A stretch of 64,000 nt of DNA from IMG/VR virus record IMGVR_UViG_3300048924_000191, positions 1 to 64,000 of that record; one strand, written 5' to 3'. Shown here one piece after another: positions 59,310-64,000 of this stretch; position 1 is the stretch's first letter; each line of letters opens with the position of its first letter. The notes beneath the pieces are model-generated. The model was not told where the DNA came from. It worked only from the letters and a program-made list of their open reading frames with translations, and made no database searches. Both the position numbers and the translations under genes were made by a program.

Positions 59310-59981
59310 ATGCCAGTCAATATTGCAAACATCCAAGGCTACGCATTGACGCGCCTAGCCTCGCCGGTGAACATCGCCAACATTCAGGGTTACGTGCTGG
59401 CTAACCCACCTGCGCCCGTCCAACTGCGAGACATCCGTGGTTACGTGATGGTGACTGCGCCAGCGCCCGTTCAGTTGCGGACCATCAATGGCTACGCCAT
59501 GGTCCCGTTCCAGGACTTGCCGAAAGGTAAGACGGCAGCAGTGGCATTGATGGACATGATCCTCGTTCGGTTGAAGAGTGCCCGTCCAGCCTCGCACTTC
59601 AATTTGGGTGCTGTGGAGCTCGGTACCGAGACCGACTACAACGCCAAGGTGAAGTTGACACCGAATGCGGTAGCCTTATTGTCAGGGGAGATGTACTTCC
59701 ACTACAACCGGATTTATCTGTCACGGATGCCGAGTCTGAGTTCGATCGTGATCGGGAGCGCGGCTAACACCCACGCCCTGATTCCAGCGATCAACACTCT
59801 CACCGGCATGCAACTCACCACGAACGACATCGTGAATGAGGACATTCCAGCAGGGTACGTGGAAGTCACTCTGACTGCAGCGGCTACCAGTTATCTGTTC
59901 ATTCCAGGGACTCAGTGCCAAGTGGGTAACACACCGTCGCTGGCAGCTCAGTTCAAAACTGACACGATCCTCTGGTCGTAA
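59310..59981 (+). CDS. virion array adaptor: four N-terminal strand repeats plus domain A
   Basis: four 17-aa repeats PV[NQ][IL]..I.GY; FHYNRIYL; THALIPAIN. Confidence 0.7.
   Translation: MPVNIANIQGYALTRLASPVNIANIQGYVLANPPAPVQLRDIRGYVMVTAPAPVQLRTINGYAMVPFQDLPKGKTAAVALMDMILVRLKSARPASHFNLGAVELGTETDYNAKVKLTPNAVALLSGEMYFHYNRIYLSRMPSLSSIVIGSAANTHALIPAINTLTGMQLTTNDIVNEDIPAGYVEVTLTAAATSYLFIPGTQCQVGNTPSLAAQFKTDTILWS
59313..59510 (+). repeat. 4 x 51-nt coding tandem repeat in two sub-types
   Basis: PVNIANIQGY x2, then PVQLR[DT]I[RN]GY x2. Confidence 0.85.
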
Positions 59982-59994
59982 GGAAAAACAAACC

Positions 59995-61086
59995 ATGAAG
60001 ATTCATGCGATGTACGGTTTGGACCTGCCGACCACGAACGCGACAGGCAACGGCAGTAACGTACTTATCACTCGGCTGCCAAACGGGCCGTGGCAGTCGA
60101 TGTCGACAAACAGCGAAACCAATTTCAGTATCCAGGTTTGGACGGATGGATGGCTGAGAATGGGGATCGGTGCCGGAGCTCCGAACTTTGGCAACTATCG
60201 ATTCCGCGCCGTAGCTGACATCAAGGAAATGATCCCAGTCGTTACACCAACCTCGAACTTGTACTTTGGCGTTCGGGTAAAGGCCGGTACCGGATACACC
60301 GGCAGTACTGTGGTGACGTTGTCTTCCGCGGTAGACATCAATAACCTGGTCAACCTGTTCCAGATCACGGATCTGCCCGGTTACGTGATCGATAAGTCGT
60401 ACTACGTAGAGTTTAACTTGAACTTTGCGAACAACACTATCGATCGCCGTGTCGATGGTAAACCACTGGCGCAGATGGCCATGCCTGCTTGGATGGCCAC
60501 CGCAGTATCTGCGTCGCCTGGCGGTACCAGCGTTTATGTGGGTATCGGTGCCAGCTTCTCGTACAGTATCAGTCAGGGCCAAACCCACTACTTCTGGTGG
60601 CGTGATTTCTACTGCGTCGAGTGGGAGGCTGGGGAACTCGCTCAGTTTCTGGGTCCTCAGGTGGTGGAAAAGGTACCTGTCGATACAGTGGCGGCTACTG
60701 CCTGGACTGCTAGTACTGGCACTGCGACTTCGGTCTTGAAGACGGGGTACAGTAACCCATCCACTGCCATCGGCGCTCCAACCCTCACCACCGACGATGC
60801 GATGACGCCGGGTAGTATCACCTACAACCCCACCAACATTCCAGTGAATGCCGTTCTCAACGGTATCCTCGTGAAGGGACGCTCAGCAGTGAGTGTAAAT
60901 GCCACGGGCAACTTGGGCGTCTCCGCTACGGTCGGTGGGGTGGAGTCTTCGGATGCCAACGTAGCGATGGTAGCTGCGCAGACGTTCTACGACCGGATGT
61001 TGTTCCTCACTAAAACCCCAGGCGGGCTACCATGGACTCAGCCAGCGTTGGCGGGCCTTACCGTCAAAGCCAAACCGAAGGTGTAA
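59995..61086 (+). CDS. virion array protein, family B (divergent)
   Basis: MKIHAMYGLD; YYVEFNL; WRDFY; FLGPQ; TPGG.PWT. Confidence 0.62.
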   Translation: MKIHAMYGLDLPTTNATGNGSNVLITRLPNGPWQSMSTNSETNFSIQVWTDGWLRMGIGAGAPNFGNYRFRAVADIKEMIPVVTPTSNLYFGVRVKAGTGYTGSTVVTLSSAVDINNLVNLFQITDLPGYVIDKSYYVEFNLNFANNTIDRRVDGKPLAQMAMPAWMATAVSASPGGTSVYVGIGASFSYSISQGQTHYFWWRDFYCVEWEAGELAQFLGPQVVEKVPVDTVAATAWTASTGTATSVLKTGYSNPSTAIGAPTLTTDDAMTPGSITYNPTNIPVNAVLNGILVKGRSAVSVNATGNLGVSATVGGVESSDANVAMVAAQTFYDRMLFLTKTPGGLPWTQPALAGLTVKAKPKV

Positions 61087-61089
61087 TCC

Positions 61090-62292
61090 ATGGCTAACCC
61101 TAAATTCGTACTTCGATCGCTTGACGTGTTTGCGATGTACGGCGTGAATAATCTTCCGCCGTTTGGTACCCCTGGTCCTGCTGCGATTCTTACAGCGATC
61201 AACAAGGAGCAGGGCATCACACTCACCTCAGCACAGGTCACGGTTGGTGCGCCTGTAGCAACGACAGGCGACACGTTGTTCAATACCTCGGTGACACTGA
61301 CATCAATCCCTAACAAGGGGTTTAAAGGGACGTTCACGGCTCGATACAACCGAGTCAGTGGCAGTCTGTCAGCGGTGTTGAACAACCTCACCATTCCCGG
61401 TGATGGAGCTTTCACGGTAGGTACCACTCACGACCTTATCCCTCTGATCAACACAGCCACGGGCTTGACGTTGGTTACTGGAGACATCGTGAATGAGGCC
61501 ATTCCGGTTGGGACAAACTCGGTCGATCTGAAAGCTGCTTCCACGAGTTACTTCTTCCTGCCTGGGTCGACCTTCAAGGTTTACGCAGGTGAGATCGCAG
61601 GTGAGCCGTGGATGTTGTTCGACGTGAACTCGTTGACTGACGTCAAGACCACAGGTTCGACGGGTACGCTGGCAAGTGCAGCGCAGGACAACACGTACTT
61701 GATTGATGGGGAACCTACCCTGAAGATCACCGGTACGGGTTCCCTGACGATCAACCTCGGTCAGTTGTTTGATTCGAGTATTCCTGAATGGACGCTGGAA
61801 TGGTCGAGTCGTTTGAACACGACCACCACAGGCTACGCTAACCTGCTCCGTCTTGGCAGTGCGACGGCGTACCAGCTGGTGCAACGGACTTCCGATTCTG
61901 GTTTCGGTCTGAGGATACAGCAAGGTATCGACTTCTCGACACAAGCCGGTGCATGGAACTTCCCGTTCGGCAGCGTTGCGAAGAACGGCGTGCTGACTCG
62001 TTACGCCGCTCAGAAGAAGAATGGTCTCATCACCATGTTTGTGGACGGTAAAGCTACCAACATGGCCAATGGTACCGGTTCGACCTACAACAGTAAATCG
62101 TTTTCCGCAGGCGCCGGTGTTGCAGCGTGTGACCGGATTACCCTGGGACTTCTGGCGCAAAACATCAGTCATGTTCGTCTCAGTAAGTTCGCTCGGTATC
62201 CGATCGACTACACGCCGAAACCGTTCAAGTCTGCTCCAACGCTTGCGCAAGCTGCACCGAACACCGATCTCTCTGGATTCGATCCAGCATAA
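61090..62292 (+). CDS. virion array adaptor with inserted LamG/ConA-like domain
   Basis: one N-terminal strand (VLRSLDVFAM), domain A, then WTLEW..ITMFVDG..ISHVRLSKFARY LamG-like block, terminal LAQAAPNTDLSGF. Confidence 0.7.
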   Translation: MANPKFVLRSLDVFAMYGVNNLPPFGTPGPAAILTAINKEQGITLTSAQVTVGAPVATTGDTLFNTSVTLTSIPNKGFKGTFTARYNRVSGSLSAVLNNLTIPGDGAFTVGTTHDLIPLINTATGLTLVTGDIVNEAIPVGTNSVDLKAASTSYFFLPGSTFKVYAGEIAGEPWMLFDVNSLTDVKTTGSTGTLASAAQDNTYLIDGEPTLKITGTGSLTINLGQLFDSSIPEWTLEWSSRLNTTTTGYANLLRLGSATAYQLVQRTSDSGFGLRIQQGIDFSTQAGAWNFPFGSVAKNGVLTRYAAQKKNGLITMFVDGKATNMANGTGSTYNSKSFSAGAGVAACDRITLGLLAQNISHVRLSKFARYPIDYTPKPFKSAPTLAQAAPNTDLSGFDPA

Positions 62293-62297
62293 AGCAG

Positions 62298-62330
62298 CAT
62301 ACAGCCGGGGCGCAATGCCCCGGCTGTATG
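62298..62330. terminator. 14-bp hairpin between convergent genes
   Basis: CATACAGCCGGGGC-gcaat-GCCCCGGCTGTATG. Confidence 0.78.
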
Positions 62331-62345
62331 TCGTTGCCGTAAGGA

Positions 62346-62870
62346 TTAAGCCTCGGCGTCGAAACCACTCAGGTCAGTGGTAGTCGCCGCTTCATCCAAA
62401 GGGACGTCAGCGTCCGGGATGTCCAGGACGGCGGCGTAGGTGCCGGTGTACAGCAAGCTGGACACGTTGGCGACCACGTCGGCCGAACCCGGGGTATCTT
62501 CGTTCACTGGGCGAACGATGTTCGACAGAGTGAATTCGGATTCCAGCAGACCCAGAGCGGTAGCGATCTTGGTCTTGACCTGTGGGTCGGTGTCGGAAGC
62601 TGCGATCACCACCGGAATATCTTTGGCGGCAGCGATTGCCTGGCCGGAAGCCAGAGCCAGACGGGTGTAGGAGAAAGTCTGCGAACCAGAGAAACCCTGG
62701 TTGGCGATTGCGGTGAAGGTCACCGAGGTGTTACGACCGCCAGTACCGGCAGCGGCCGAAGGCGCACCGACGGTAACTTTGGCCAGAGTGGCGTTCAGAC
62801 CGGCGTTCGCACTGTTGACCAGTGCCAGGACGTTCTCCTGAGCCGTGATGGACGGGTTGATCTTTGCCAT
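62346..62870 (-). CDS. virion array protein, domain A (inverted, own promoter)
   Basis: 174 aa from ATG 62870 (MAKINP); FSGSQTFSYTR; SLLYTG; LDEAATTTDLSGF. Confidence 0.72.
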   Translation of the reverse strand: MAKINPSITAQENVLALVNSANAGLNATLAKVTVGAPSAAAGTGGRNTSVTFTAIANQGFSGSQTFSYTRLALASGQAIAAAKDIPVVIAASDTDPQVKTKIATALGLLESEFTLSNIVRPVNEDTPGSADVVANVSSLLYTGTYAAVLDIPDADVPLDEAATTTDLSGFDAEA

Positions 62871-62930
62871 GGTATCGATCTCTCGAAAAGTAGCGAGGGA
62901 TTTCGCTACATAGGATTCACGGCATAGAGC

Positions 62931-62958
62931 CCACCTGAGGGCGCAAACCCTCAGGTGG
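62931..62958 (-). terminator. 11-bp hairpin after the Tad1-fusion gene
   Basis: CCACCTGAGGG-n6-CCCTCAGGTGG followed on - by GCTCTATGCCGT. Confidence 0.65.
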
Positions 62959-62964
62959 TGAAGA

Positions 62965-63978
62965 TTACTCTTCTTGCTTAACGCCCAGCAGACCAGCCTG
63001 CTGGCGACGCAGAGCGCGAGACTTGAGCGCTTCCATGGCCTGATACATACCGGCCAGAGCAACGTCATTCTCTTCGCAGTGCATCTCGCCTTGGTTGAAG
63101 TGCTCCAGGCGATGGATCTGTACAGCCAGCAGACTTTCGAAGGTCACGCCGGTGTGGCCGATCTGGTCAACTGGACCGGACTGGAATTGAATCAGGTTGC
63201 CGGTCTGAGGACGGATACCGCCAACGCCTTCAGTGGCGAAACCGTTGATCAGGTAGAAGTCGTACGAGTCAGGGAAGTCGGTAGGAACCATCCGACGGAC
63301 CTGGATGCTGGTATCGATACCCTCGACCTTGTGGGTCGTGATCGGCGCATCTTCCGAGAACTTCGGTGCAGGCTTACCTTCAGCCGGGAAGTCGAACAGA
63401 GTCGACAGCTCATGCTGGAAGCCGTTGGTGTGGTCAGCGATATAAACCGGCACACCGCCCTTACCTGCGTGTTCGACCATCCAGACGTTATCGATCAGGA
63501 TTTCGAACTTGTCGCCGTAGGTGTCGGTGGCGAACTTCACCAGACCGGCCTTGAGCGTTTCCAGCAGCGCAGGACGATCGAAGTCGGCCTTCAGGTCAGC
63601 TTCGGTAACCAGACGAGTCACTTCGGTTTGAAACGCAGCGAAGAATTCTTTCTCTTGCGCTTTCTCACGCTCTACGAACTCAGGGTCCAGGCGTGGATCG
63701 GCCGGTGCCGGGATGTGGTCGTAGCGCTCGGTGTCTTCGATCTCCGCTTGACTGCGGAACCAGATCGGACTATCAACGCTTACGGCAGTGCCAGCAGCAG
63801 CGTAACCGTAGGCCAGTTCACCGGTAGCTTCCAGTCTGACGAATTCATCCGGGGTGATCTGGATGAAGTACTCGACGCCAGTCTTGCGATGACGAACCTT
63901 GTCGCCGCGCGAGTACTTGCTGAGCTTCACAGGAGCTTGTGGTTCCTGGGTTTGTTCTTGCGGTTGGGCTTGTTCCAT
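62965..63978 (-). CDS. tad1: multidomain anti-defence protein with C-terminal Tad1-like sponge domain
   Basis: IQFQSGPVDQIGHTGVTFESLLAVQIHRLEHFNQGEMHCEENDVAL...AMEALKSRALRRQQAGLLG matches the Tad1 pattern FQxGP..G.NGV..E.L....RL..F....C.EN..A....A...L..R...R...G..G; N-terminal DUF1653/SH3-like domain. Confidence 0.8.
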   Translation of the reverse strand: MEQAQPQEQTQEPQAPVKLSKYSRGDKVRHRKTGVEYFIQITPDEFVRLEATGELAYGYAAAGTAVSVDSPIWFRSQAEIEDTERYDHIPAPADPRLDPEFVEREKAQEKEFFAAFQTEVTRLVTEADLKADFDRPALLETLKAGLVKFATDTYGDKFEILIDNVWMVEHAGKGGVPVYIADHTNGFQHELSTLFDFPAEGKPAPKFSEDAPITTHKVEGIDTSIQVRRMVPTDFPDSYDFYLINGFATEGVGGIRPQTGNLIQFQSGPVDQIGHTGVTFESLLAVQIHRLEHFNQGEMHCEENDVALAGMYQAMEALKSRALRRQQAGLLGVKQEE

Positions 63979-64000
63979 GGGAACGATTTCCTTTGGTGGA

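Noticed and set aside
9163-62330. Repeated palindromes as a CRISPR array, REP elements or transposon ends
   Set aside because: Single dispersed copies at gene ends; no spacers, cas, transposase or target duplications
48230-62870. Paralogue array as a diversity-generating retroelement or invertible shufflon
   Set aside because: No reverse transcriptase or recombinase, no near-identical template/variable repeat pair, and no repeated crossover sites in the window
1-64000. tRNA genes, introns/inteins, alternative genetic code
   Set aside because: No cloverleaf or splice/intein motifs recognised by eye; genes are full length under the standard code and use all three stops

Overview
64 kb segment of a phiKZ-like (Chimalliviridae-type, nucleus-forming) jumbo myophage genome. 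Identifications come from motif recognition and gene order, and phiKZ gene numbers are recalled, not searched. Core genes seen: split RNA polymerase beta fragments (virion RNAP C-terminal part, non-virion RNAP N-terminal part), RecA/UvsX, RNase HI, SbcC/Rad50 ATPase, central spike plus PAAR tip, tail-fibre-type paralogues, modular endolysin, portal, RuvC, CYTH enzyme, major capsid protein and DnaB helicase. No tRNA, CRISPR array or IS element was seen. Most notable: (1) a ~14.6 kb array of about 18 paralogous virion-type genes. In it, lectin-like 'head' genes are followed by adaptor genes carrying 17-aa N-terminal beta-strand repeats, and most subunits share a C-terminal L-x(7-8)-L-x-G-[FL] peptide, suggesting a pilus-like, strand-exchange modular fibre. 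(2) A Tad1-like nucleotide-sponge domain fused to two extra domains. (3) Two tiny coupled ORFs carrying isolated P-loop fragments, one EF-Tu G1-like and one terminase Walker A-like, behind a CYTH gene. (4) A family of GC-rich hairpins, mostly without an adjacent U-tract, with a conserved TATG(C/T)(C/T)G flank at gene ends.
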